A program made the translations under genes and the position numbers. This document shows, piece after piece, positions 55,461 to 64,000 of a stretch of DNA of 64,000 nt. This DNA comes from a bacterium (GTDB lineage: Bacteria > Sysuimicrobiota > Sysuimicrobiia > Sysuimicrobiales > Kaftiobacteriaceae): contig DASYRL010000067.1 of the NCBI GenBank assembly GCA_036004445.1, positions 1,499 to 65,498 on the forward strand, in the 5' to 3' direction. Under the pieces are notes generated by a model. It was not told the origin of the DNA. It did no database searches and saw only the letters and a list, made by a program, of their open reading frames with translations. The stretch's first letter is position 1, and the number at the start of each line of letters is the position of its first letter.

Positions 55461-58400
55461 TGTCGCTCTCCGACCTCTCGATCCGCCGGCCGGTGCTCGT
55501 CTTGATGGTCATCGGCGCCCTCATGGTGCTCGGGATCATTTCCTACACCCGGCTGCCCGTCGAGCTGTTCCCCAACGTGCAGTTCCCGTTCGTGACGGTC
55601 CTGACGAGCTATCCCGGAGCCGGGCCCGAAGAGGTCGCGACCCTGATCACGCGTCCCATCGAAGAGCAGGTCAGCTCGCTCACCAACGTGCGGCGGGTCT
55701 CGTCTTCGTCGGCGGAGGGGCTGTCGATCGTCGGCATCGAGTTCAACCTGGGGACGGACATCGCCGTCGCGACCGCGGACGTCCGCCAGCGGGTCGATCT
55801 CGTCAAGGGCACGTTTCCGCGCGATGCGCACGACCCCACCGTGCAGAAGTTCGACTTCAGCACGCAGCCGGTCATGCTGCTGGGCGTCGGCGGGCCGCTG
55901 AGCGGGTTCGAGCTGCGGAAGCTGGCCGACGACGTCATCAAGCCCGTCCTGGAGCGCGTGGACGGTGTCGCCGCGGTGAACGTGTCCGGCGGCCGCCAGC
56001 GGGAGATCCGGGTCGAAGTCGAACAGGATCGCCTGCGCGCGTTCGGCCTCTCGGTGCTCCAGGTGGAGGACGCGCTGCGCCGTGAGAACCTGAACATTCC
56101 CGGCGGGACGCTGCGCCAGGGTCAGCAGGAGATGCTGGTGCGGGTCGTCGGCCAGTTCCGCACCCCGGATCAGATCGCCGACGTCCGCGTCATGCGGTTC
56201 GGGGCGCCGCCGGTCCGGTTGGGCGACGTCGCGACCATCCGCGATACGCTGAAGGAGCCCGATCGGCTGACGCGGCTGAACGGGCAGGAGAGCGTCGGGC
56301 TGGCCATCCAAAAGCAGGCGGACGCCAACACCGTGGCCGTCGCCGACGGGGTGCGCGCGGCCGTCGCGCAGCTGCAGCCCGCGCTGCCTCCGGGCGTGCG
56401 CACGCAGATCGCCCAGGACACCTCGCTGTTCATCAAGGATTCCGTCGCCGACGTGCAGAGCAACCTGATCCTGGGCTCGATCCTGGCCACGGTGGTCGTC
56501 TTCCTGTTCCTGCACAACGTCCGCAGCACCGGCATCATCGCGCTGGCGCTGCCGATCTCGATCATCGCCACGTACATCCCGATGTACTTCTTTGGGTTCT
56601 CGCTGAACATCCTCACGCTGCTGGCGCTGGCGATCGCGATCGGACTGATGACCGACAACGCCATCGTCGTCAACGAGAACATCACCCGCCATCTGGCGAT
56701 CGAAGCCACCCCGGCGGAGGCCGCGCGCAAGGGCGCGAAGGAGATCGAGCTGGCGGTCATGGCCAGCAACCTCGCCAACGTGGCGGTCTTTCTGCCCATC
56801 GCGTTCATGGGCGGACTGGTCGGACAATTCTTCCGCCAGTTCGGGCTGACGGTGGCGTTCGCCAACCTCCTTAGCATCGTGGTCGGGTTCACCATTACGC
56901 CGATGCTCGCGGCGCGGTGGCTGCGGCGCCCGAACCCCGCCACGCGGGGCCGGCTGGACCGGGTGTTCGCGGGCTGGGACCGCTTCTACGAGCGGCTCGG
57001 CGCGGCGTACCGCCGGGGGCTGGGTTGGGCCTTGTTCCACCGCGGCGTCGTCATGCTCATCGCGTTCCTCCTCTTTCTCGGCAGTATTGGCCTCGTCGCC
57101 TCCCCGCTGATCGGCAAGGAGTTCATGCCGGCCGGAGACCTCGGCCAGTTTCAGGTCGACCTGTCGATGCCGGCGGGCAGTTCGCTGGCGCAGACCAACC
57201 GCGTGACGGCGATGGTCGAACGGATGCTCACCGATACCCCGGAGGTGGATTCGTTCTTTACGCTGGTCGGCGGCGCAGAGACCGGATTCGGCTTCGCCGA
57301 AAGCGGCACCCAGCGGTCGCAGATCTTCGTCAACCTCGTCGATCGCGACAAGCGGACGAAATCCGTCGACGCCGTCATGGCCGGACTGCGCGAGCGCGCC
57401 GTCACGGTGCCCGCCGCCACCGTGAAGTTCGGCGCGCAGGGCGTAACGAGCGGCACCGCCCCGATCCAGATCCAGCTCACCGGTCCGGACATCGCCGTGC
57501 TCGAACGGCTGGCCGCGCAGATCCAGGGGATCGTGGCGGCCACCCCGGGAACGACCAACGTCGACACCACGCTGCGGACGGGCAAGACCGAGATCCAGGT
57601 CCTGCTCGACCGTGCGCGATTGGCCGAGTTCGGTCTCACCACCGCGGACGTGGGCGCGCAACTGCGCACCGACATCGCTGGCTCGCCGGTCACGCGCTAC
57701 CGCGTCGGCGGCACGGAGTACGACATTACGCTGCAGGCCCGCACGGCCGACCGGGATACACTCCGCAAGCTGGGCGATCTGCACGTCGGCAGCGCCGGGG
57801 GCACGGCCATCCGGCTGAGCGACGTGGCCACGCTGCAGATGCGGCGCGGCCCGGTGACGATCGACCGGCTGAACCGCCAGCGCCTGGTTACGGTCATCTC
57901 CGGCCTCACGGATCGCCCGCTGGGCTCGGTGGTCGCCGACGTCCAGGTGAAGCTGAAGAACGTCGCCGTGCCCGCCGGCTACACGCTGACGTTCGGGGGC
58001 GAGACGGAGTTCCAGCAGGACGCGTTCTCCGACATGTTCTTCGCGCTCGCCCTGGGCACGCTGCTGGTCTACATGACGATTGCCGCGCAGTTCGAGTCGG
58101 TGCTCAGCCCACTGGCGATTATGTTCAGCGTGCCGCTGGCGTCGGTCGGCGTGTTCGTCATGCTGTTGCTCACGCGCACGACCGTGAACATCATGTCCCT
58201 GCTGGGGATCGTGATGCTGGCCGGCATCGTCGTCAACAACGCCATCCTGCTGATCGAATTCACCCAGCAGCTGCGCGGTCAGGGGCTACCCCGGCGCGAG
58301 GCCCTGCTGCGGGCCGGTCAGACGCGGCTGCGGCCGATCCTGATGACGGCGCTGGTGTCGATCATGGGCGGGCTGCCCGTCGCGCTGGGGATCGGGACCA

Positions 58401-58645
58401 GCGGCGCGGAGTGGCGGCGGTCACTGGGCATCGCCGTGCTGGGTGGCCTGACGACGTCGACCTTTCTGACGCTGTTTGTGATCCCGGTGGTCTATACGCT
58501 GCTGGAGGATCTGGTGGGCCGCTTCCGGCGGCGGCGCGTCCCCGAGCCGCAGGTTCCCGAAACCCCGGAAGCGCCGGTCTCGGTTCCGCAACCGCAGCCC
58601 GTGACCGGCGGGTCAAACGGGGAAGAGCCAGAGGGCAGTTTCTAG
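55460..58645 (+). CDS. RND efflux pump, AcrB/AcrD/AcrF family
   Basis: 1061 aa. 12-TM RND architecture with MSLSDLSIRRPVLVLM N-terminus and two large periplasmic loops. Confidence 0.9.
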   Translation: MSLSDLSIRRPVLVLMVIGALMVLGIISYTRLPVELFPNVQFPFVTVLTSYPGAGPEEVATLITRPIEEQVSSLTNVRRVSSSSAEGLSIVGIEFNLGTDIAVATADVRQRVDLVKGTFPRDAHDPTVQKFDFSTQPVMLLGVGGPLSGFELRKLADDVIKPVLERVDGVAAVNVSGGRQREIRVEVEQDRLRAFGLSVLQVEDALRRENLNIPGGTLRQGQQEMLVRVVGQFRTPDQIADVRVMRFGAPPVRLGDVATIRDTLKEPDRLTRLNGQESVGLAIQKQADANTVAVADGVRAAVAQLQPALPPGVRTQIAQDTSLFIKDSVADVQSNLILGSILATVVVFLFLHNVRSTGIIALALPISIIATYIPMYFFGFSLNILTLLALAIAIGLMTDNAIVVNENITRHLAIEATPAEAARKGAKEIELAVMASNLANVAVFLPIAFMGGLVGQFFRQFGLTVAFANLLSIVVGFTITPMLAARWLRRPNPATRGRLDRVFAGWDRFYERLGAAYRRGLGWALFHRGVVMLIAFLLFLGSIGLVASPLIGKEFMPAGDLGQFQVDLSMPAGSSLAQTNRVTAMVERMLTDTPEVDSFFTLVGGAETGFGFAESGTQRSQIFVNLVDRDKRTKSVDAVMAGLRERAVTVPAATVKFGAQGVTSGTAPIQIQLTGPDIAVLERLAAQIQGIVAATPGTTNVDTTLRTGKTEIQVLLDRARLAEFGLTTADVGAQLRTDIAGSPVTRYRVGGTEYDITLQARTADRDTLRKLGDLHVGSAGGTAIRLSDVATLQMRRGPVTIDRLNRQRLVTVISGLTDRPLGSVVADVQVKLKNVAVPAGYTLTFGGETEFQQDAFSDMFFALALGTLLVYMTIAAQFESVLSPLAIMFSVPLASVGVFVMLLLTRTTVNIMSLLGIVMLAGIVVNNAILLIEFTQQLRGQGLPRREALLRAGQTRLRPILMTALVSIMGGLPVALGIGTSGAEWRRSLGIAVLGGLTTSTFLTLFVIPVVYTLLEDLVGRFRRRRVPEPQVPETPEAPVSVPQPQPVTGGSNGEEPEGSF

Positions 58646-58659
58646 CTTCTTCCGATCGG

Positions 58660-59745
58660 TCATTTCCCCCGCCACGCCAGCCAGAACGCGAGCCCGGCGG
58701 CCGCGCCGCCGAGGTGGGCGAGCGCGGAGATCGTTCCGGTTCCTGCGACCTGCTGCCACGCGCCCGCCAGCTGCAGTAGGACCCAGAGGAACCCAAACGC
58801 GTACGCGCGCAGGCGGATCCAGCGGAACAGGAAGAGGGGGCGCAGCATGATGCCCAGCCGCGCCTGCGGGAACCGCAGCACGTAGAAGGCGATGATCCCG
58901 GAGATGCCCCCGCTGGCCCCGATTACCGGTACCGCCGACCGCGGATCCAGCGCGACGTGCGCCAGGCCGCCAGTGACCACAGCGGCGAGCAGCAGAAGGA
59001 GGTAGCGGGTTGTTCCGAGGTATTCCTCGACGTTATCCCCGAACAAGATCAGGAAGTAGAGATTGCCGGCCAGATGCAGGACGCCGCCATGGATGAAGAA
59101 CGAGGTCAGCAGCGTGACGCCTCCCTCACGCCACAGCTCGGCGGGAATCAGCCCAAACGCCGCAACCGCCCGTGGCAGGTCGGTCAACGCGGCCACACCG
59201 GCGGCGATGAGTAGAGCGGAGACGATCCAGGTCGCCCACGGGGTGACGCGCACCGCTTGATCTCCGTACTCCACCGGCATCCCCAACAGTCCGGGGACGT
59301 ACTTCCACCATTCCTCGGGTTCAGCGGCGCCCCACTGTTCTTCGGCCTCCTCGCGAAGCGCGCGGACTCGTTCCAGCGCGAGAATCTCCCGAGCCTCCTG
59401 CGGCATCTCCGGCTCGGGCGCCGGTAGCGGGCGCGCCGGCAGCAGGTCATACTCTTTGGGATCGAACCACACGAGGTAGCATCTGCGGCAGACGTCCAGC
59501 GGCGGGCCGCCGTTCTGCCCCGGGACTTCTGCCATCGGCTTGGCGCAGACTGGGCAGGAACGCCCTACGTGCCCGGCGCGATCCCACGCCGTCAGCCACA
59601 TCCGGGTGAGTGGCCCGGCGACGATCATCTTGCGCAGGACGGCGACCCCCACGGCCCGACCGCCGCAAGTGGGACATACCCACACCAAGCCATGCGGGGT
59701 CGAAATGCGCGACAGTTCGGTTCGGTCGTTGGGGCAGGTAAACAA
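58660..59745 (-). CDS. rhomboid family intramembrane serine protease with N-terminal zinc-ribbon domains
   Basis: 361 aa. CPNDR...CPTCGG and CPVC...CRRC ribbons. Catalytic GASGGISG and HLGGAAAG. Confidence 0.8.
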   Translation of the reverse strand: MFTCPNDRTELSRISTPHGLVWVCPTCGGRAVGVAVLRKMIVAGPLTRMWLTAWDRAGHVGRSCPVCAKPMAEVPGQNGGPPLDVCRRCYLVWFDPKEYDLLPARPLPAPEPEMPQEAREILALERVRALREEAEEQWGAAEPEEWWKYVPGLLGMPVEYGDQAVRVTPWATWIVSALLIAAGVAALTDLPRAVAAFGLIPAELWREGGVTLLTSFFIHGGVLHLAGNLYFLILFGDNVEEYLGTTRYLLLLLAAVVTGGLAHVALDPRSAVPVIGASGGISGIIAFYVLRFPQARLGIMLRPLFLFRWIRLRAYAFGFLWVLLQLAGAWQQVAGTGTISALAHLGGAAAGLAFWLAWRGK

Positions 59746-59763
59746 TCAGTCGGAGCGAGCGGG

Positions 59764-60192
59764 CTAATCCATTTCGTGCTTGAGCGGGTGCTCGCTGAGC
59801 CGCTGGGCGACGACCTCGAGCAGTTTGACAGCCAGCTCCGGGTTCTCTTTCAGCAGCGCCCGAAAATCCCAGCGCACTAGTTGCAGGCAGCGGGTGCGTT
59901 CCTTGGCGGTGACGGTCGCGGTGCGTTCCCGTTCGACCAGCAGCGCCATCTCCCCGAAGAATTCCCCGGGTCCCATGTCGCGGATGGTGTGGCCGTTGTG
60001 CGCCACTTCCACGCGGCCTTCGGCGATCAGGAAGAACCCGACCCCCGGATCGCCCTGTTTGAGGATGACCGCGCCTTTTTCGTAGGTGCGTTCCTTCAGC
60101 GACTTGGCGATCGACTCCAGGTCCCGCTGAGACAAGTCCGCAAAGATGGGGACTTTCTGGAGCTCACTGACATAAGACGCAGGATCGGGCAT
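59764..60192 (-). CDS. cyclic nucleotide-binding domain protein (stand-alone)
   Basis: 142 aa. FGEMALL...RTATV cNMP-binding signature. No output domain. Confidence 0.8.
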   Translation of the reverse strand: MPDPASYVSELQKVPIFADLSQRDLESIAKSLKERTYEKGAVILKQGDPGVGFFLIAEGRVEVAHNGHTIRDMGPGEFFGEMALLVERERTATVTAKERTRCLQLVRWDFRALLKENPELAVKLLEVVAQRLSEHPLKHEMD

Positions 60193-60251
60193 CGCAGTCC
60201 TCCATAGCAGGGCAGCGTTGAATGGGGTGAGATTCGTCGGGGCGCTTTCGG

Positions 60252-61307
60252 CTACCTGCGGTTGGCTTGCCCTGAACCCGAGCGCAGCGAGTGGTTCGGG
60301 GCCGGGGTGAAGGCTGCGACGGGATCCGCCGCGCGGCCGGGGGCGCGACTGAGGATCTCCAGCCAGGCGCCCGTTGGGCCGGGTTCGGCCACGCGGACCC
60401 GGATCGCCGTGCGCATCCGGACGACCGGCAGCGCGGCATTGTGCACGGTGATCACCAGCTCACCGGACTCTCCCTGCGTCTCGGTCAGCGCACGGATCGC
60501 CGGCACGCGCGACAGGTCTCGCACCGCCCGGCCCCATTCATCATCCCGGATCAGTTCGGCGGTGGCGGTCTCCGCGGGCAGCCACACCTCCGGCCGGCCG
60601 GGCCGTCCGCCGATGGGGGCAAACAGGCCGGGTAGATAGAGCAGATTCGCGGTGGCGTCCGCCAGCTCCGCATCGTGGAGACCGGCGGGCGGCGTAACGA
60701 GGAGGGCCAGGCGGAACCGAGGCGGCGTCACGCCGGCGCGGCGGGCCAGTTCCATCAGGCCGGCGACGTCGGCGCTCGTGCCGGCGATCACCGACGGCCG
60801 CCGCGAGAGCGGGAACACGACCAGATCGGGTTTGTACCCGACCGTGCTGAGCGAGAGTGGGAACACGGACACGCCCTGCACGGATGTAGGCGCGTCGAAC
60901 GACCTCAACCGATCAGCCGACGACAGCAGATAGGGCAGCAGATTTCCGGCCACCGGCGCGCCCGGGGCGACCGCGAGCACGGTGTCTCCGGGTGTCACTC
61001 CCGCCGCGGCGATGGTCGTCCCGACAAGTGCTGCGCCGGTTTCGATGTCTGCGGGTCCGAGTGGAATCCAGATCGGATCGTCGCCCGGAATCGGGTACAG
61101 GACCCACACGGCGGGCGCACCGGTCAGCGACCGGCGCGCCTCGGTGTGCACGTGCCGTCGCCACTGCCAGACGCTCACCGGCGGCGCATCTTCAACTCCG
61201 GCAGGGACCCGGCCGCCCCAGACGTCCCGGTACAAGGCGGTGCGTGCCAGCGCCGGCAGGTCGAGTGCCCGCCCCGCACCTGAGGTCGGCGAATGGTGCG
61301 GGGTCAC
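60252..61307 (-). CDS. PaaK/F390-synthetase-like paralog lacking the AMP-binding P-loop
   Basis: ORF 60252..61676 trimmed to GTG 61307 (GTGA overlap with the upstream stop, AGGAGG 8 nt upstream). ALYRDVWGG... is collinear with the neighbor, but the TSGTTG position reads PIPGDDPIW. Confidence 0.6.
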   Translation of the reverse strand: MTPHHSPTSGAGRALDLPALARTALYRDVWGGRVPAGVEDAPPVSVWQWRRHVHTEARRSLTGAPAVWVLYPIPGDDPIWIPLGPADIETGAALVGTTIAAAGVTPGDTVLAVAPGAPVAGNLLPYLLSSADRLRSFDAPTSVQGVSVFPLSLSTVGYKPDLVVFPLSRRPSVIAGTSADVAGLMELARRAGVTPPRFRLALLVTPPAGLHDAELADATANLLYLPGLFAPIGGRPGRPEVWLPAETATAELIRDDEWGRAVRDLSRVPAIRALTETQGESGELVITVHNAALPVVRMRTAIRVRVAEPGPTGAWLEILSRAPGRAADPVAAFTPAPNHSLRSGSGQANRR

Positions 61308-62749
61308 TCCGGGGCCTCCTGTATGACGCGTTTGCGTTTTCCGCTCCAGGTCAGCACGTCGTGAATCTCCGGAACGATTTTGATATCGGGAGCGAGCACC
61401 AGGCCGTTGTCGACGCCGAGCTTGAGGGCCTCGATGGAATCGAGCGCGCGTCCGGCATCGGCGGCCAGCGACGGCCGCTCGATTCCCAGGGGGACGAGGT
61501 AGAGGATCGGTTGGGGTTTGTATCCTCGACGGACGATGCGCAGCTGCCAGGACCCAATGCCGGAGATCGCGCCCAACCGCTGATCGAGCTCCGCCGTCGA
61601 GAACCGGATCAACCCCAGGTTCACCAGGTCGTCGCGACGGCCTCGCACGCGGATGCGTGGATGCGTCCGGCCGCACGCGCAGCGGGCCGTATCCACCACC
61701 TCGATGACGTCGCCGGTCCGATACCGCACCAGCGGCAGCGCCCGCCCGAAGCTCGTGAACACGAACTCCCCCTGCATCCCCGCGGTCGCGTCGAACACGT
61801 GTCTCGCCGCCGGGACGTAGGCGGGGTCGTCATCTTCGCGCTCCAGCTCTGCCAGCGGGATGATTTCGGGGATGCACTTGTCGGCCCACAGATGCATGCC
61901 CGCCTGCTCCCGGCACTCCAGGTGGAAACAGGGATACTCGGTCATCGCGTAGAGTTCGAGCGCCTGCAGTCCCCACGTCTCGTGCAGGGCCTGCCGGTAC
62001 GGCGCCAGCGGTTCCCCGCCGAACAGACCCACTTCTGGTTTGAACAGGTGGCGGGGTTTGATGCGCATCAGTTTGGTCGCCAACACGGCGGCGAGCGTGG
62101 CCGCCGACGGCTGCCGCCGCCAGGCCAGCCGCGCCTGTGTCGGAGCTTCGTCGGCGATGCCTTCGGCGATGCGCAGCAGGATGCTGGGAAAGCCGACGAT
62201 GGCGGTGGGCGGACGCGTCCGCAGGAACCGCAGTGTGGCTTCGGCTTCGGTCGGTGACGCGATCAGGTACTCCACCGGCAGGCGGGCTGCGACGTGCGAG
62301 GCGAGCAGCGCGAACGCGCCGGCGTCGCTGACGAACGGGGCCGGGGTGGCGATGATCGTGCACCGGAAGACGCCTGGTCGTTGGACGAGGATGTAGTAGG
62401 CTCTGTGGACGATCTCTTCCACCAGCGCCAGTTCCGCCGGTCCGTACGGCGTCCACTTCGGCAGCCCGGTCGTCCCCGACGTCGCGAACCACGCACGGAC
62501 GTCCGGATCGCAGATCATCGCATCGGGATGCCGCCGCCAGGCCTCGCGGAGATCAGCACCGCGGACGTAGGGGAGCCGCTGCAGGTCCTCGTACTTCCGC
62601 ACGGCTGCCGGAGTGACGCCCGCGTCGGACCAGTGATCGCGGTACAGGGCGGAGCGCGCCGCGAAGGAGATCAACCCGTCGCCCAGATGCCGATCCTCGA
62701 GCGCGCGCAGGTCGCCGAGCGGAGCGGCTTCAATCGCAGGGTCGAGCAT
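61304..62749 (-). CDS. phenylacetate-CoA ligase (PaaK)/coenzyme F390 synthetase family adenylate-forming enzyme
   Basis: 481 aa. ALYRDHWSDAG, FATSGTTGLPKW P-loop, YAMTE, YRTGD motifs. Confidence 0.8.
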   Translation of the reverse strand: MLDPAIEAAPLGDLRALEDRHLGDGLISFAARSALYRDHWSDAGVTPAAVRKYEDLQRLPYVRGADLREAWRRHPDAMICDPDVRAWFATSGTTGLPKWTPYGPAELALVEEIVHRAYYILVQRPGVFRCTIIATPAPFVSDAGAFALLASHVAARLPVEYLIASPTEAEATLRFLRTRPPTAIVGFPSILLRIAEGIADEAPTQARLAWRRQPSAATLAAVLATKLMRIKPRHLFKPEVGLFGGEPLAPYRQALHETWGLQALELYAMTEYPCFHLECREQAGMHLWADKCIPEIIPLAELEREDDDPAYVPAARHVFDATAGMQGEFVFTSFGRALPLVRYRTGDVIEVVDTARCACGRTHPRIRVRGRRDDLVNLGLIRFSTAELDQRLGAISGIGSWQLRIVRRGYKPQPILYLVPLGIERPSLAADAGRALDSIEALKLGVDNGLVLAPDIKIVPEIHDVLTWSGKRKRVIQEAPE

Positions 62750-62852
62750 GGGCGGTTAGTTCCATCACGTCCACTCCCCTCCTGCGGTTGCAGAGAGGGA
62801 TCTCCGGCGCGGCCCGAATAACCGGGGTAACTACGAAGCGAGGGGAATTCGC

Positions 62853-64000
62853 GTGCGCACTCGGCTCCTCGACAGGATGGCATTGGTGACCGGTCTTCTC
62901 GTCACCCTCGCGCTGGCGACAGGGTCGGCGGTGGCGCTCCCGGCCGCGGTCAACCTGTCGAATACCGTTGATGATTCTTTGTTTGCGTCGCTGGGCGTGA
63001 ATGGCGAGACGTTGACGGTCATGTGGGTTGAAGGGAATGCTCCTGCCACCAACATTTTCATGGCCCGTTCCCTGAACTCCGGCGTAACCTGGAGCGTGCC
63101 GGTCAACCTGACCAACCAGCCCGGGCCGTCTGAGGAGTACGACTGGGGTTTCGCCGGCCGCTATTACTTTTTGGTGTGGGCGGGCCAGCCGGGAGGAAAC
63201 TGGGACGTCTTCTTCGAGCGATCCACCGACGGCGGCGTCACGTTCGTGGCGAAGAACCTGTCCGTGAACTCCGGAGATTCCCGCCGGCCGCGCGTCGCTC
63301 TCTCGGGCGGGAGCAACGTCTACGTCGTGTGGGAAGACAATACCGGTTCGGGGTACGGTGAGATCTTGTTCCGACGCTCCATGGATGCCGGCGCCACGTT
63401 CGGTCCGGTGGTCAACTTGTCGAATACCGGTGCCCCGTCCCAGGAACCGTCCATCATCGCGTTTGGGCCGCACGCGTATGTGCTGTGGACCGAGGGGGCC
63501 CCCGGGTTCCAGGATGTCTTTATCAGGCATTCCACCGACGGCGGGACCACCTTTGGAGCCGCTGTGAACGTTTCGGCAACCTCCATGGTTGGCTCATATC
63601 TCCCGGCCATGGCGATCGCCGGACCGACCGTTGCCGTGGTGTGGACCGAAGGCAATTACAGAATTGTACCCGAAATCATGTTCCGGGCGTCTGCCAATGG
63701 TGGCGCCACCTTCGGAGCAGCCACGAACGTGTCCAACACCGGAAACCCCGGAGGGAACCCGATTACGGGCATTCGCAAAATTGCGCGCGCGATGCTCTCT
63801 GGGACATTTGTGTTAGTACTCTGGCAGGACGCGCCGTACGCTGGCGGCTCCGAGGTCCTCTTCCGGCGTTCGACCGACGGGGGCGGCGCCTGGGAGACGG
63901 CCAAGAATCTATCTAGTACTGCTGCCTACGACAGCGAAGAGCCCTCATGGACGCTGGCCGGCACCCATCTGTCGGTCGTCTGGATAGATCCATACCCCGA
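62853..64000 (+). CDS. secreted BNR/Asp-box repeat (sialidase-like beta-propeller) protein, 3' partial
   Basis: Not in the ORF track (no stop in the window). VRTRLLDRMALVTGLLVTLALATGSAVA signal. Repeated SxDxGxTF/W boxes: RSTDGGVTF, RSMDAGATF, HSTDGGTTF, ASANGGATF, RSTDGGGAW. Start is GTG 62853 or ATG 62877. Confidence 0.75.
   Translation, partial: MRTRLLDRMALVTGLLVTLALATGSAVALPAAVNLSNTVDDSLFASLGVNGETLTVMWVEGNAPATNIFMARSLNSGVTWSVPVNLTNQPGPSEEYDWGFAGRYYFLVWAGQPGGNWDVFFERSTDGGVTFVAKNLSVNSGDSRRPRVALSGGSNVYVVWEDNTGSGYGEILFRRSMDAGATFGPVVNLSNTGAPSQEPSIIAFGPHAYVLWTEGAPGFQDVFIRHSTDGGTTFGAAVNVSATSMVGSYLPAMAIAGPTVAVVWTEGNYRIVPEIMFRASANGGATFGAATNVSNTGNPGGNPITGIRKIARAMLSGTFVLVLWQDAPYAGGSEVLFRRSTDGGGAWETAKNLSSTAAYDSEEPSWTLAGTHLSVVWIDPYP

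Overview
High-G+C bacterial chromosomal segment (G+C judged by eye, not computed). It is densely coded, mostly housekeeping and accessory metabolism, with no rRNA, CRISPR array, transposase or integrase. T-box and FMN riboswitches, an ECF RibU, KimA and a YprA/MrfA-type helicase suggest a high-GC Firmicutes- or Chloroflexi-like lineage (inference only).

Gene content, left to right:
- Purine salvage/oxidation cluster: adenine deaminase fragment, a PRTase, three xanthine-dehydrogenase-type subunits with an amidohydrolase embedded.
- GH15 hydrolase, Crp/Fnr regulator, NAD(P)HX epimerase, gnd and pgl.
- FAD disulfide oxidoreductase, haloacid dehalogenase, DUF3179 protein.
- Thiol-redox cluster.
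- K+ homeostasis island: DUF4118 histidine kinase, frameshifted KdpE-like regulator, TrkH/KtrB and two tandem KimA paralogs.
- PhoU-like(DUF47)::winged-helix regulator followed by pstSCAB-phoU.
- MOT1/SulP-like transporter, then an FMN riboswitch with ribU.
- Amidohydrolase, SOD, and an ECF sigma/anti-sigma/Spy-like operon.
- ABC ATPase, M20 peptidase, tRNA-Leu(CAG).
- DUF1998 helicase with a SLOG/LOG-like gene, rsmI, a DUF2007::DapA-like fusion, an MFS transporter.
- T-box with metG, tatD, M48 protease, comB-like gene.
- RND efflux pair, rhomboid protease, cNMP-binding protein, two PaaK-like genes, and a BNR-repeat protein that runs off the 3' edge.

Main second-look items:
1. Four genes are interrupted by an in-frame TGA exactly where homologs carry the redox or nucleophilic Cys, which marks them as candidate selenoproteins. 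They are a deiodinase-like protein, a glutaredoxin-like protein, a Trx-coupled ArsC and a PDO/glutaredoxin-like protein. Three have clean SECIS-like hairpins.
2. A regulator that fuses a PhoU-like DUF47 domain to an OmpR/PhoB-type DNA-binding domain sits directly upstream of four exactly 11-bp-phased direct repeats in front of pstS.
3. A dispersed family of 7-8 nt G-rich tandem repeats occurs at about 10 gene junctions.
4. A canonical C2H2 zinc-finger mini-ORF with its own Shine-Dalgarno lies in frame at the 3' end of the FAD oxidoreductase.

All calls come from reading the sequence and translations. No database search or folding program was run.
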